Below, in pieces: positions 23,676 through 36,841 of a DNA stretch of 64,000 bases (within the stretch, counting starts at the first letter, position 1; each line of letters begins with the position of its first letter). A program made the position numbers and the translations under genes. Source of the stretch: Octopus sinensis (lineage: Eukaryota). The notes below the pieces were generated by a model. That model made no database searches. It saw only the letters and a program-made list of their open reading frames with translations, and was not told where the DNA came from. Location: positions 99,014,001 to 99,078,000 of the forward strand of contig NC_042997.1 of assembly GCF_006345805.1 (NCBI RefSeq). Reading direction: 5' to 3'.

Positions 23676-24289
23676 TCACACACGACGTTCTTCCATACAG
23701 TTTCCGGGTACCAAATTTACTCATAAGCTATTGATCATTGTTCTTTTCTGTATTATTTTTCTATTATTAATCATCATTGTCTACTGAGATACGCACATGA
23801 CATTTATTGAATTAATTATTCACTCTGAGTCACAGCTTGTGAAGTTGTTATGATTATAATCTGGTGATTATTGAAAGAGATGCTGAGCAATATGTTTCCA
23901 AAAGATAACCACAGGGTTCAACGTTAACCTTAACTGTTGTCTGCAAACAATCAGGCATTTTTTTTTCTTGAGTATGAGTGTATATTATTTGTGCGTTGAC
24001 TAATGTAATTGTTGTGCTATGAAGAACGCTTCCATCAGTTTTCATCTCTCGTCTAACTTGGGATGGATTCTGAATAAAATGAGTGTTTGTTTACCAATAT
24101 ATTCTTAAGATTTGTTTATAATTCAGAACATGAACAATGCTCAGAGATTAATTATACATACATGTGTGTATGCGTGTATGTAGGTATACGCACGCACACA
24201 TTCTCTCACACACACACACACGTAAACACATGCATATGCATATGCATACGGACACATATGTATGCATGTATGTATGTATGTACAAAGAG

Positions 24290-24782
<493 letters not shown>

Positions 24783-26791
24783 TGTGACATAAACACAAGG
24801 TTTCCACTTCCGGAAAGAATATAGTCGAAAACGTTGCTGTTTTTGTATTTAATTAATTTGGAGGAATTACTAGTGAAGACACCGTCGGTGAGGACTGAAT
24901 CCACAACGTACTAGGCTGTAACAAGATACTACTAAGCATTTTGTCCGCCGCTTAACGATTCTTTCAAACTAATATATTAATAAGATTCTCTGTATATGTT
25001 TATGTGGAAACATATCCGTATGTTACGTGCATTCATGCAAACCGTGTTATATGTTCTGTAAAGAACTCTGTGCGTTATGAGGATAACTGGTCAATGTTTC
25101 AGAAGATATGTCAAAGAGAAACGAAGTCGCAGATAAATTCTATAATGTAGCTAATCGTCCATTAAACATCAGCAGATCCGCAGTCCCAAACAGATGTCTT
25201 TAAATCATAGTTGGATGGATGATTTCTACTAACGGATGGAAGCGCACACACACACAAACACACACGTACATATATACATACATACGTGCGTACGTATATA
25301 CGTACATACATAGATACACTCAATCGTATATATATATATGTATGTATGTATATATCTATGTATACATATATATATATATATATAATATATATATATGTGT
25401 GTATGTATGTGTGTGTGTATTCCCAATTACCTTCGTACACATAAATTACTTTCAGTCAATTTCATTCATACACATACACACATACACACACGTGCGGACG
25501 AATTCACACTCCGAAATACACAGATACACAGATACACACATGTGCAGACGCACTCACATATACATGTATTTTAATGTAATAAGATATAACAAAGGAGACT
25601 ATTTTGGTAAGTTATTCGACTGATAATGCCACACATAAATAAGAAGAAGAAAGTTATATGGGGCAGGTTGGATTCCGTTTGTTGAGGATGAAAACAAACT
25701 TGAGACACAATAGATATACTAGCTCAAAGAAAGCAGGAGTTATCTTGTGGTCGAAACAATAAATGGCAATGTTATTTATATCTGACAGTTCACCTCGGCT
25801 TCTCTTCAGGGGTGTGGGAAAATAACAATTGCGATTGGTGATGTAAGATTGTACAGCTTAATTCAGTATATACGTGAAGGACACGAAACTGGAATTGGAA
25901 TGTCATGCCAAGAAACATTCTAGTGACAAGCATAAAAATTGTTGGAGATCCGAACTTTGGCATTATAATCTCGGGGCTCTGCTTGAGTTTCTTTCTTTTT
26001 CTGTTTTATCGCCTTTATTTTATTCTTTATTAAAATATGTTTTATACAATTTTCCAACGTTTCTATTTAATTTATTTCTTCTTTTCTGTCATAAATTTCA
26101 AATTATATATATATATATATATATACAAATATATCTTTTACTTGTTTCAATCATTTGATTGGCTGCGGCCATGATGTGGCACACCCTTAAAGGGTTTTAG
26201 TCGAAGACATCGACCCCATGAATTCGAATCAAACCCCGAAAGAAAATATAGCTTTGAAGTAAAAATATTTGGGGGGCCTGTTAATTCAGGTAATACATTG
26301 AAGCTGGCAAGTCGGTGATATGAAGATATAGATGACATGTCAGTGATATGTAGATGCTTGTTGTGTCTGCTTCATGTTGCAATATTCCACAGTTGTCAGA
26401 TTAATAGTTGGTGTGTTGAATCAATATTTTTTATATTAGGCGTACGCAATGTGAAGCAGAACTAATGACTGTGCATGAGGAACAGTTTCACCATTTAGCA
26501 AACATGCGTTGTTTACTTTACATTACTCGTGCTTCGTACGTTTTTGTTGTACGCGTTTCTTTACATAGAGGCTAGATAAAATTTATATGATTATTCTAGG
26601 GTATTATTGGCTACTGGTCTGAATCTACTTAACTGGGCATGTTTTGATAGAAACAAAAGAAATAAAGGAACTTTTACTTGTTTCAGTATGTGAGATTTCT
26701 CATGGAAGCAGATTTTCCATTTACAAGCAGCAGATGAGTAAGGATCGTACCAATCAATACTCCTTGTGACACTGGAAAATATTTCCATTAC

Positions 26792-26845
26792 CTGTAGTCT
26801 CCAGATAAGTCGAATATGGAGACGGTGTCCGGCTTGTTTCTACAT
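26792..26845 (-). CDS. Candidate 54-nt exon ((D)VETSRTPSPYSTYLETT(G))
   Basis: Acceptor ATACTGTCTTTTAG, donor CAG|GTAATG, length divisible by 3, phase 1-1 frame open and compatible with 18779-18855. Confidence 0.35.
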
Positions 26846-28638
26846 CTAAAAGACAGTATATGGTGTGTAAACCGTCTTTTGAAATCATTAGCCTGCATAC
26901 GCTGTGGAACCTTCTTTTAAATCACTAGTCTTTAGGCTAATGCAGTATTTCGAACCACAACTGAGTGGTGTAACGGTAGCTATTTAGACTACATCATTTG
27001 ACACTTAGGATTCCCCCATAGTGGGGTTTCAGCTGTTGAATGTATAGGTGTGAGGTGAGATTTGTGCAGGTGCGTGTGTTTTCTCTTGCAGCGTAAGAAG
27101 CTGAAAGAGAAGTTATCTAGGTAAGAGCAGCTAACCATAGGGGCATGAGCATTAACTAGTTTGTGGGTATATAAAAAGGCCGGTCTATCATTGCTAACAC
27201 TCAGAAACCAAAACAGTTGTACAACATACTAACAAGTAACTTGACACCATTAGACTGTCAGCCATACCACATGGAAAAGCGAAAACAATGCAATTCCGTC
27301 TGTTATGTCTAACCTAACAATTACTACATGTAGTCAAGCAGATGACGCCATTAAGCTGTTCTGTCCGCCATGTGAGACAGCAAACGAGTTCATCTGTTGC
27401 CGCTACCCCACTGAATTCAATATGTGATCTGAACTAACAAGCCCAACAACCCAACTATTCTCACATGGAAGCTGATATATAACGCTGACTCTCTTTGAAA
27501 ATTACATCGGCCATACACGTCTCTAAGAAATACTCAGCTACTAATACATAAATTTAATGATGAGGGCATTTCGCTGCTCAAGAGATTGAAACATTCATCG
27601 CCGAGACCACACCTCAATGTCTAAAGCCAGGAAAAGACTTAAAGGGAATATATTGTTGAAGTTATAATTTGCAGTGATTTGGCGCGTCTTATACATCTGT
27701 TATTTAAATTATATGCATTATTATTCGGGCAAATAAGCGTGCTTATTCAAATTATTTAACGATGGCGTTTGTTTCATTTATATAACTGCGTCTAGTTGAT
27801 ACGTCAATATAACTAACAACCGATAATTTATATTCTATCACAGCTGTTTCCAGAAATAAAACCTGCCTTATCGTTCAAGAAAGCATTTTAACAATTTTCC
27901 AGAAATATAAATTTTATTTTCAAGATATGTCATTTGAATCCATCTCAAAATAGTACATTTCCAATACATTAAATCACCTAATTATTTCAGCGATGCAGTG
28001 TAATTTATTTAGGACAAGTCAGTCAGATGAGTCCAATTTAACTAACATAATATTTAAACGAATATATCATTGAGGATAAAAATATCGTTACTGATTTATT
28101 CAGTCGAATATACTAATTTTTCGTATTTTCACTCTGTTTTCATGTTTTCTTTTTGTACAAAGTATCTTCTTGGCGATTCTACCATCATAACTTGAGCAAA
28201 TACGTCAAGGGCTATGTCTTGCAAACGATGTATAAGACGAAAACAGCTCCAGAGTTGCCTTCTGTAGTTGCCTATCTGATTAAAATAATAGTTTTCATTG
28301 AGTTCACTAAATTCTGATTAGAGGTTTTATGTTTACCTCATTAAATGTGTTAATATTGACTTAACTATAGTTTCATGAGTATAAAGTTAAAGAGTAAATA
28401 TATCTAGTATTCGTTGTTATTATATGCTAATCTTTTAGGCCAAAAAGTATACACTATTGTACATTCTTAGTGATTCCCTTATCCTTATGAATTATGATTT
28501 TTCGAATAAAGATAAATAAAATTAAAATATGTCCAGATTTGCCCACGTACCTGCTAAAATAATTAAAATACAAATGATTATTGTGCTAAGATCCTGTTTT
28601 ATTTGCTGCATAAATATTTCCGAATTTTCGATACTCAC

Positions 28639-28727
28639 TGCCTTAGGTACGTTAACACCAACGTAAATAACTGTATTTGAACTAAGCAACTTCAGTACAG
28701 AATACAATACTGCAATGCTGCCGTACG
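28639..28727 (-). CDS. Candidate 89-nt exon (YGSIAVLYSVLKLLSSNTVIYVGVNVPKA)
   Basis: Acceptor TTGTTATTTGCTTCAG, donor GTGAGT, single open frame; phase 1-0 does not join directly to the 54-nt exon. Confidence 0.25.
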
Positions 28728-29381
28728 CTGAAGCAAATAACAATGGTTATTTAGATTGTGTTTAAATAAGCTAGTGTTAATTTTCTTCCAAGCTGAATAC
28801 AAATCGAAAATATTATCATCTCAAATATTTGTGATGTTTCAACGTCGACACACGCACGCACAAACACACACACAAATACACACATAGCTGTAAGTTTATA
28901 ATGGTTACTGGCAATCGACTGCCTTGTTCCTAATATGATAATCACATAATTTAATCATAAGGTTAATCTTGAATTCGAAATTATTGGATAAAACACTAAA
29001 AAATCATTCGGTTTCCTCATAAAATGATAATGTTCGTTTTACTTGCTGTTTTGTAGAAGTGGTTAAAGTTTTGGAAAATGTCCATTCTATTCTTCGAAAT
29101 GAATGTTGCGAACATGCAAGGATAAGAATGAAAACGGAAAAGGGTAATAACCATGATTCAAATATAAGGAAAGATCTCCCTTTACTTTTGTGTAATTCCA
29201 GATAGATAGAAAGAGGGAAAAGTAGCTATATAAGTATGCATGTACAGAAAGATATACGAATGGACAGACATATTAACAAACACCTGCAACACGACACATT
29301 CATACATACGTTCACATGCATTCACATATACACATAAAGATATGAACACAAATACACATGTATATTACACACACACACACA

Positions 29382-29456
<75 letters not shown>

Positions 29457-29675
29457 CACGAGGGGTGCTGCAAAGTTCCTGGCTTTAAGGGTCGGAAAAG
29501 GCCTGGCTAGAGGCCCAAACTTTCGAATTAATTTTACTGAACTTAGAAAAACTGAAGAACCGCTGCAATAAGTGTGTTAATCTTACAGGAGAATATGTTG
29601 AGTAAAATCATAATTAACTGACTTTCTAGTATTTTCTGTTACCCAAAGTCAGGAACATTTCAGCACTCCTTCGAA
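29457..29675 (+). mobile_element. Mariner-derived MITE (~220 bp)
   Basis: TIRs CACGAGGGGTGCTGCAAAGTTCCTGGCTTT / AAAGTCAGGAACATTTCAGCACTCCTTCGAA. Confidence 0.8.
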
Positions 29676-29695
29676 TATATGTATGTGTGTATATA

Positions 29696-30261
29696 AATTT
29701 AAAAAATAGGATAAAATCTTAATAAGAAATCTTAAGAAATTATCAAGTAGTTAGCGTGAAAAACCTCATAAGAGAAAAAAAACTGTAAATTTTTATTTTT
29801 CTTTGAAAATATTTATTTATATTGTATAGAGGGCATTATTACACATAAATGCCACACGCTAGGAGGGACTCTTAAAGTCATAACTACCAAATATAAACAC
29901 ATTGTACCGAATGCAATTCTCAAAGCGAGTCATTTAAAACAGAATTTAGCTCCCTATCACATGTGATTTCGCAATTAACTCGTTATACGCGTCCCTTGCT
30001 CTTCAGTGAAGCGAATCCAAAATATATCATAAATAAATAAAAGCATCATACCAGGTGGACAACCGTCGCCGTCATCGTAGTATATGGAAATGTTTACCCA
30101 TCATACATTTATGTAAATAGCGGGCTCTTTTGAATTGCATTTCGGGAGACAACGTGCTTTTTCGGAACAAATTTTTAAAATAGGATAAAATCTTAATAAG
30201 AAATTTTAACAAGAAATGATCAAGTAGTTAGCGTGAAAAACCTCATAAGAGAAAAAAAACT
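29696..30261 (-). mobile_element. ORF-less HHR element bounded by ~90-bp direct repeats (period ~474 bp)
   Basis: TAGGATAAAATCTTAATAAGAAAT...TCAAGTAGTTAGCGTGAAAAACCTCATAAGAGAAAAAAAACT occurs at ~29707-29784 and ~30181-30261, with the HHR between them. Confidence 0.75.
29949..30012 (-). ncRNA. Type I hammerhead ribozyme, core intact
   Basis: Minus strand: GCTTCA CTGAAGA GCAA-(21 nt)-TTGC GAAA TCAC-AT-GTGA T A GGGAGC. Palindromic stem III ATCACATGTGAT; AUA triplet; stem I GCTTC/GGAGC with one A.G mismatch at the core. Confidence 0.8.
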
Positions 30262-30627
30262 AATTGTTTTTTTATATTCGATATATATACTTTACCATTG
30301 TTCATTGTCTTCTGCATATTGCAAGTAAATTCTATCTGAAACTGTAATAGGAGCTAATGTATTTCAAAGGCAAAATAAAGCGGGAAACTTCAGTCGAATA
30401 TCGGCTTTCGCTATTTCTGAAATTGGATATTTGGTTGTAAAAACTCATCTTAAATATTTGCTCGGATATTCTTATGTCTCTTTTCAAAGTGTTGGCTTCG
30501 TTGTTCAACTCCTGCTTAATATATTATGGCGTTAGTATAACAACATTAAAATCTGCATTGTTTCAAAAATGTTACCCTTAATTTTCGACAGTTTAGTTTT
30601 CTTCCTCTAAAATGCAGCATGCATTGG

Positions 30628-30675
<48 letters not shown>

Positions 30676-30717
30676 TGCGCGCGTGTATGTGTATGTGAAT
30701 ATATATACATATACATG

Positions 30718-30734
<17 letters not shown>

Positions 30735-30753
<19 letters not shown>

Positions 30754-31070
30754 ACGGGAAGCTTTATGAAAATAAACAAAAGACGAAGGCAGGTGGAAAA
30801 CAAACGAACAATTGTATTAGTATGGCGCTCAGGAAATATAAATAAAACAAGTCTTTAACGTTTCGAGCCTACGCTCTTCAACAGAAAGATACACAGAGAG
30901 AGAAAAACACAGAAAGAAGGAGAGAAAAAAAATGCGTGCAGTAGCTAACGAATCAACATGGCGATCTGATTTCGGCCAGAGGTCAAAGATCAAACATGAG
31001 ACGCGAGAGCGAAATAGGGGAGATAATAGGGTTGATAATGGGTTGAGGGACCAGCTAAAAGTGCGTGGGA
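30735..31070 (-). mobile_element. Penelope-like pseudo-LTR with variant hammerhead
   Basis: Same family as 3365-3570; lies between (TA)n tracts next to the PLE palindrome. Confidence 0.6.
30852..30889 (-). ncRNA. Minimal hammerhead variant (core CUGUUGA, A6->U)
   Basis: Minus strand: TCTTT CTGTTGA A GAGC-GTAG-GCTC GAAAC GTT AAAGA; stem I TCTTT/AAAGA, 4-bp stem II, palindromic AACGTT stem III. Confidence 0.6.
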
Positions 31071-31238
31071 GGGGTCTGGATGTGTGTATGTATAGGGTTG
31101 GTGTATGTATTAGTATGTATAAGGGTGTGTGTGTGTGGTGTGTGTGTATGAGAGAGTATTAGTGCGTAAGATTGGTCTGGACGTGCGTATGTATGGGGTT
31201 GGTGTATGTATTAGTATGTATTAGTATGTATTAGTACG

Positions 31239-31274
<36 letters not shown>

Positions 31275-32499
31275 ATATATACCGGAGTAAACACATAAAT
31301 GTGAAACAAGGTGGAAAAAAGAGTACTCAAATACCAGTGGTAGTGTAATATGCTTTACTTTAAGCAGCAGAAAATTCAACAAAATCTGTTACTCTGAGTT
31401 TCTCGTTGCCGTTCATCAGACAGTTTTTGCTAGAATGGAACCGATATATTAATTCAATCTATACTCTTACAAACGCTACACCTTTAAAAAGAAATGGACT
31501 TGTTTGATTGGCCCTTTAGAAAAAACGGTCAATCGTCGAGCGATAAACAAAAAGGTCAAAAATATATGTATATATATATAAAAAAACTTATAAAAATTAT
31601 AAAATCCGAGGAAAAAACCTTACATTGAATAAAATACATATTGACGTTAATGAAGAAAGTGCAAATTAATGCATAGAAATTAAACCTGTTATAAATATTA
31701 CACTGCAATACATATTTATATTAAAATCTACATATATATATCAACATACACAAAATTATGCGCGCAAACGCCATACATATACAGACGTATGAATATAATC
31801 TAAATATACACATAAAAGCATGTGTACATATATTCACGCAAACCATCTCGCACGCAAGTTAAAAATGATCTATGTAGCGATTCTCATATACTGAGTAAGG
31901 GGGGGGGCGAAAGAAAGGGAGAGAGAAAAAGGAACGAAGGAGGTGTGGGGAAAAAAACGAAATAAGAAAAAATTATGTATACAAGCAGTGTAACAGCATT
32001 ATTGGCATATATGGAGACAAGTATACATACACAAGTTTGAATGGATACATATACATACAGTCGTGTATATGTGTGCTTAAGCACAAACATACTTTCACTT
32101 ACACATACACAGATACGCATGCTTACAAATACATATGCTTTGCTATACACATACTTATATCAACATTCTGATTTTGACAACATTGCTTTTTTTTAAAAAA
32201 AACATTGCTTTTTTTTTAAAAATGGGTGCATTAATAAAAATATATACGAAAGACATATAAAATAAAATATAACATCCTATTTTGGGTCATTTATAAATAA
32301 TCAAGGTAATATAAATAATCAAGGTAATCCTATACAATACAATAACATGAAAACAAAGTTGGAGGTTTTTCCTAATATATATGTAGAAACATAAGACTTT
32401 GCTATACGGATTAAGATCCGCATAGCTTGGAAACAAAATCCATCGTAGCGCTCATCGTTCAAGAGTCAAAATCAAAATCAAAAATACAAAATATATACT

Positions 32500-33096
32500 C
32501 TATCCATATGGTATATTTATATTCGACATTTTAAATTTAGCCGCGTGTCTACATAAGTTCATTAGCTCACTTCTTTGATTCAAAGAATTATTGTCTTTGA
32601 ATAAGATGTACATTTTTTCTAATAGACAAAGCTTGCACTTGAAATTATTTTTGTATGCTCCATGCCTGTATGGTGCCGCCCTGTCCAGAATGCTCCATGT
32701 CACGTTGAAAGGTGGGGCTTCCTTTTCTTTCAGTTCCCAGACATATTTTGCTAGGCTGGTTTTCTTCCTATTCTCTGGGTATTTAAATGAATTTTTATGA
32801 AAATAAAATCTTGTTTTAAATGAATTTTCTGAAGCCCCTGTGTATGTCTTGTATTCCGATGAGCCTTCCACTTGCACCTTGGCTCTATAAACTACTCCTT
32901 TCACCAGACATTTCCCTTCTAACGGACAGGAGCTTTCGTTTTTGAAATTATATTTCTTAATGGGCTCGGCACCATGTCTAATCTCAATTAGCTTCCTATT
33001 ATGTTGGCTAATGTAAGAGGCGAAATTTCTGCAACAAGAATAGCTAACCTTCAGGGTTCTTCTGTTAAATATCCTATAGAATTCTTGTTGCAGCAA
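32500..33096 (-). pseudogene. PLE C-terminus: Cys-rich linker plus GIY-YIG endonuclease (5'-truncated)
   Basis: RIFNRRTLKVSYSC...CPLEGKCLVKGVVYRAKV...TYTGASENSFKTRFYFHK...CKLCLLEK..LNQRSEL...CRH; VVY/TYTG correspond to GIY/YIG. Confidence 0.85.
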
Positions 33097-33622
33097 TTTC
33101 GCCTCTTACATTAGCCAACATAATAGGAAGCTAATTGAGATTAGACATGTTGCCGAGCCCATTAAGAAGTGTAATTTCAAAAACGAAAGCTCCTGTCCGT
33201 TAGAAGGGAAATGTCTGGTGAAAGGAGTAGTTTATAGAGCCAAGGTGCAAGTGGAAGGCTCATCGGAATACAAGACATACACAGGGGCTTCAGAAAATTC
33301 ATTTAAAACAAGATTTTATTTTCATAAAAATTCATTTAAATACCCAGAGAATAGGAAGAAAACCAGCCTAGCAAAATATGTCTGGGAACTGAAAGAAAAG
33401 GAAGCCCCACCTTTCAACGTGACATGGAGCATTCTAGACAGGGCGGCACCATACAGGCATGGAGCATACAAAAATAATTTCAAGTGCAAGCTTTGTCTAT
33501 TAGAAAAAATGTACATCTTATTCAAAGACAATAATTCTTTGAATCAAAGAAGTGAGCTAATGAACTTATGTAGACACGCGGCTAAATTTAAAATGTCGAA
33601 TATAAATATACCATATGGATAG
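33081..33622 (+). pseudogene. Inverted duplicate of the PLE GIY-YIG region
   Basis: Protein identical to the minus copy from KGVVY onward. Confidence 0.85.
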
Positions 33623-34705
33623 AGTATATATTTTGTATTTTTGATTTTGATTTTGACTCTTGAACGATGAGCGCTACGATGGATTTTGTTTCCAAGCTAT
33701 GCGGATCTTAATCCGTATAGCAAAGTCTTATGTTTCTACATATATATTAGGAAAAACCTCCAACTTTGTTTTCATGTTATTGTATTGTATAGGACTACCT
33801 TGATTATTTATATTACCTTGATTATTTATAAATGACCCAAAATAGGATGTTATATTTTATTTTATTTTATATATTTCGTATATATTTTTATTAATGCACC
33901 CATTTAAAAAAAAAAAAGCAATGTTTTTTTTTAAAAAAAGCAATGTTGTCAAAATTAGAATGTTGATATAAGTATGTGTATAGCAAAGCATATGTATTTG
34001 TAAGCATGCGTATCTGTGTATGTGTAAGTGAAAGTATGTTTGTGCTTAAGCACACATATACACGACTGTATGTATATGTATCCATTCAAACTTGTGTATG
34101 TATACTTGTCTCCATATATGCCAATAATGCTGTTACACTGCTTGTATACATAATTTTTTCTTATTTCGTTTTTTTCCCCACACCTCCTTCGTTCCTTTTT
34201 CTCTCTCTCCCTTTCTTTCGCCCCCCCCCCTTACTCAGTATATGAGAATCGCTACATAGATCATTTTTAACTTGCGTGCGAGATGGTTTGCGTGAATATA
34301 TGTACACATGCTTTTATGTGTATATTTAGATTTATATTCATACGTCTGTATATGTATGGCGTTTGCGCGCATAATTTTGTGTATGTTGATATATATATGT
34401 AGATTTTAATATAAATATGTATTGCAGTGTAATATTTATAACAGGTTTAATTTCTATGCATTAATTTGCACTTTCTTCATTAACGTCAATATGTATTTTA
34501 TTCAATGTAAGGTTTTTTCCTCGGATTTTATAATTTTTATAAGTTTTTTTATATATATATACATATATTTTTGACCTTTTTGTTTATCGCTCGACGATTG
34601 ACCGTTTTTTCTAAAGGGCCAATCAAACAAGTCCATTTCTTTTTAAAGGTGTAGCGTTTGTAAGATTATAGATTGAATTAATATATCGGTTCCATTCTAG
34701 CAAAA

Positions 34706-34739
34706 ACTGTCTGATGAACGGCAACGAGAAACTCAGAGT
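34706..34739 (+). ncRNA. Degenerate minimal hammerhead at the PLE 3' end (mirror copy at 31391-31424, minus)
   Basis: ACTGT CTGATGA A CG-GCAA-CG A GAAAC TC AGAGT; stem I 4/5 paired, 2-bp stem II with GNRA loop, stem III truncated. Confidence 0.45.
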
Positions 34740-34775
34740 AACAGATTTTGTTGAATTTTCTGCTGCTTAAAATAA

Positions 34776-34828
<53 letters not shown>

Positions 34829-34944
34829 GCATGAATGTATATATGTAGGTATGTATATGCAAAATTTTGATATATGTATATATATAAAGACGCGTATAAG
34901 TTTTATATGACTGTATGAATATGTGTAAGCTAATGTCGGGCTAC

Positions 34945-34984
<40 letters not shown>

Positions 34985-35784
34985 CATACATATATAAATA
35001 TATATATAATATATATATGTATGTGCGTGTGTGTGTGTGTGTACCTAAGGAATGTATGCATGTATGCAATACAACACATCTACATTATGTTAACTCAGAA
35101 GGAAATTTGAAAAAGAGCCACTTACAACTAACTCTCGGTAGAGATATTTCTTCCTCTTGTATTGAAATCTTGCGCTTGTTTGCTTTTCTTAGCGATTTTT
35201 GTCAATAAATATCTTTCCTCATTTCATCCTCTCTGCGATCAATACAATTTCAGTTTTGTCAAAATCCTGCTTGCTTTTATCGGCAACTTGTCTCAGTTAA
35301 TTCATTGAATACTAAGATTCTCTTTACTGAAACTGCTTTCACGTTTCAATACTCTCATTGTATTGACATTTCTATACTCAATTGTCTCTTATATTGCTCT
35401 TATGTACTGTATACAATATCTTACCTTCTGTTCCTCCCTAACTGTGTATCTCTCTGCGCTACATGCCTCTCTCTCGCTCCCCCTCTCCCCTCTCTCGAAA
35501 AAATAATAATAATGATGATAATAATAGCAATAATAATGACAACAGAAACAACAACAATAATAATGATAATGATTTGCAATATTAGCACAAGATGGCATGT
35601 TTCTTTTTCGGAGAGGGTTGGAGGTGGATAATGATTATGTTGATACTTGTATATTAAGGGTACTTATTTTTAACGACCCCGGAAGGACGAAACACCAAGT
35701 CAACATTTAGATATCCATACATGTGCGTGTAGTGCGTGCGCATGCTTATATATATTTCTATCATCATGTATAAGGATAGATAGT

Positions 35785-35827
<43 letters not shown>

Positions 35828-35843
35828 ATTCATATATATTGTT

Positions 35844-35912
<69 letters not shown>

Positions 35913-35914
35913 CT

Positions 35915-36750
35915 CCGAAAGACCCGTCCTTGTTTTCTTTGTATCGTCTATCTGGATCTTTTGTTGTCTCTTTCTTGTATCACCTGTCTGGATGTTTTGC
36001 GTTCTTGTCCCATTCTGTATTATATATATATAACGGCGTACGTTCACTCTGGTCACTTATATGTAAGTATATATTTATCTAAATCTTGTACGAATCTATT
36101 CTCTTATTCTTTTATTCTTTCCTTCGTCTATCAGCCCATTCACGCTTATTTCGTTCATCCACTCTCCTTTATTTCTCCCTCTCTCACATTTCTTTGCGTT
36201 CTCTTCATGCTCATTCTCCTCCTCTTTTCACTTCACAGTGTCATTGTCATTTTTTCTCGCCCCTCCTTATTTCTTCTGTTCCTCTGCTTCTACCATTCTC
36301 TCTTCTCTCCCCAATTTCGGCCAAACCTGACCTTTCTTTCTTCTTCGGCCGTTGTCCGTGCAACATCTATATTGTTCCCTGTGCTTGTGAAAACTTGTAT
36401 CCCTGCCGTAAGGCTTTATTCCTACACACGCCATCTTAATTTAATTCGTCCTTAGTCGAAAGACACCTGTTGTTATGTCCTGTTATTTGTATTTGTGTAA
36501 CTTTCTCTGTATTTTCCGTTCTTGTTTTCGTATATATTCGCTGATTTCTTCCAAGGTATCTAATGCTCTTAGCTTAGATTTCCCTTGGGGCTGGCCAGAT
36601 TGGAGCAATCTCGAGTATAACCAACTGAAATTGCAAAGATAATCTGGAACTCGACAGCGGAAAGAAATCTCCTAATGATCCGTCCTTGTTTTCTTTTCAT
36701 CGCCTATCTGGATGTTTTGAGTTCCTCTCCCATTTTGTATTATATATATC
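35915..36750 (+). mobile_element. Non-coding repeat unit with terminal direct repeats ending in (TA)n, probably PLE-related
   Basis: CCGTCCTTGTTTTCTTT..ATCG.CTATCTGGAT.TTTTG...CCCATT.TGTATTATATAT at ~35920 and ~36680 (about 760 bp apart). Confidence 0.5.
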
Positions 36751-36779
36751 TATATATATGTATATATATGTATATATAT

Positions 36780-36841
<62 letters not shown>

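Larger units (their letters stand above)
31359..34771. mobile_element. Fold-back palindrome of a 5'-truncated Penelope-like (Neptune-type) element, two ~1.69-kb arms
   Basis: 31359-33041 is the reverse complement of 33081-34771 with few differences; 39-bp spacer; mirrored ORFs 32500-33096(-) and 33218-33622(+). Confidence 0.95.

Noticed and set aside
27092-27120. Plus-strand 29-nt micro-exon-like segment (TTTTCTCTTGCAG|CGTAAG...CTAG|GTAAGA)
   Set aside because: Isolated, lies in probable old repeat sequence, and has no compatible partner exons; such hits arise by chance (a similar one occurs near 29057-29143).
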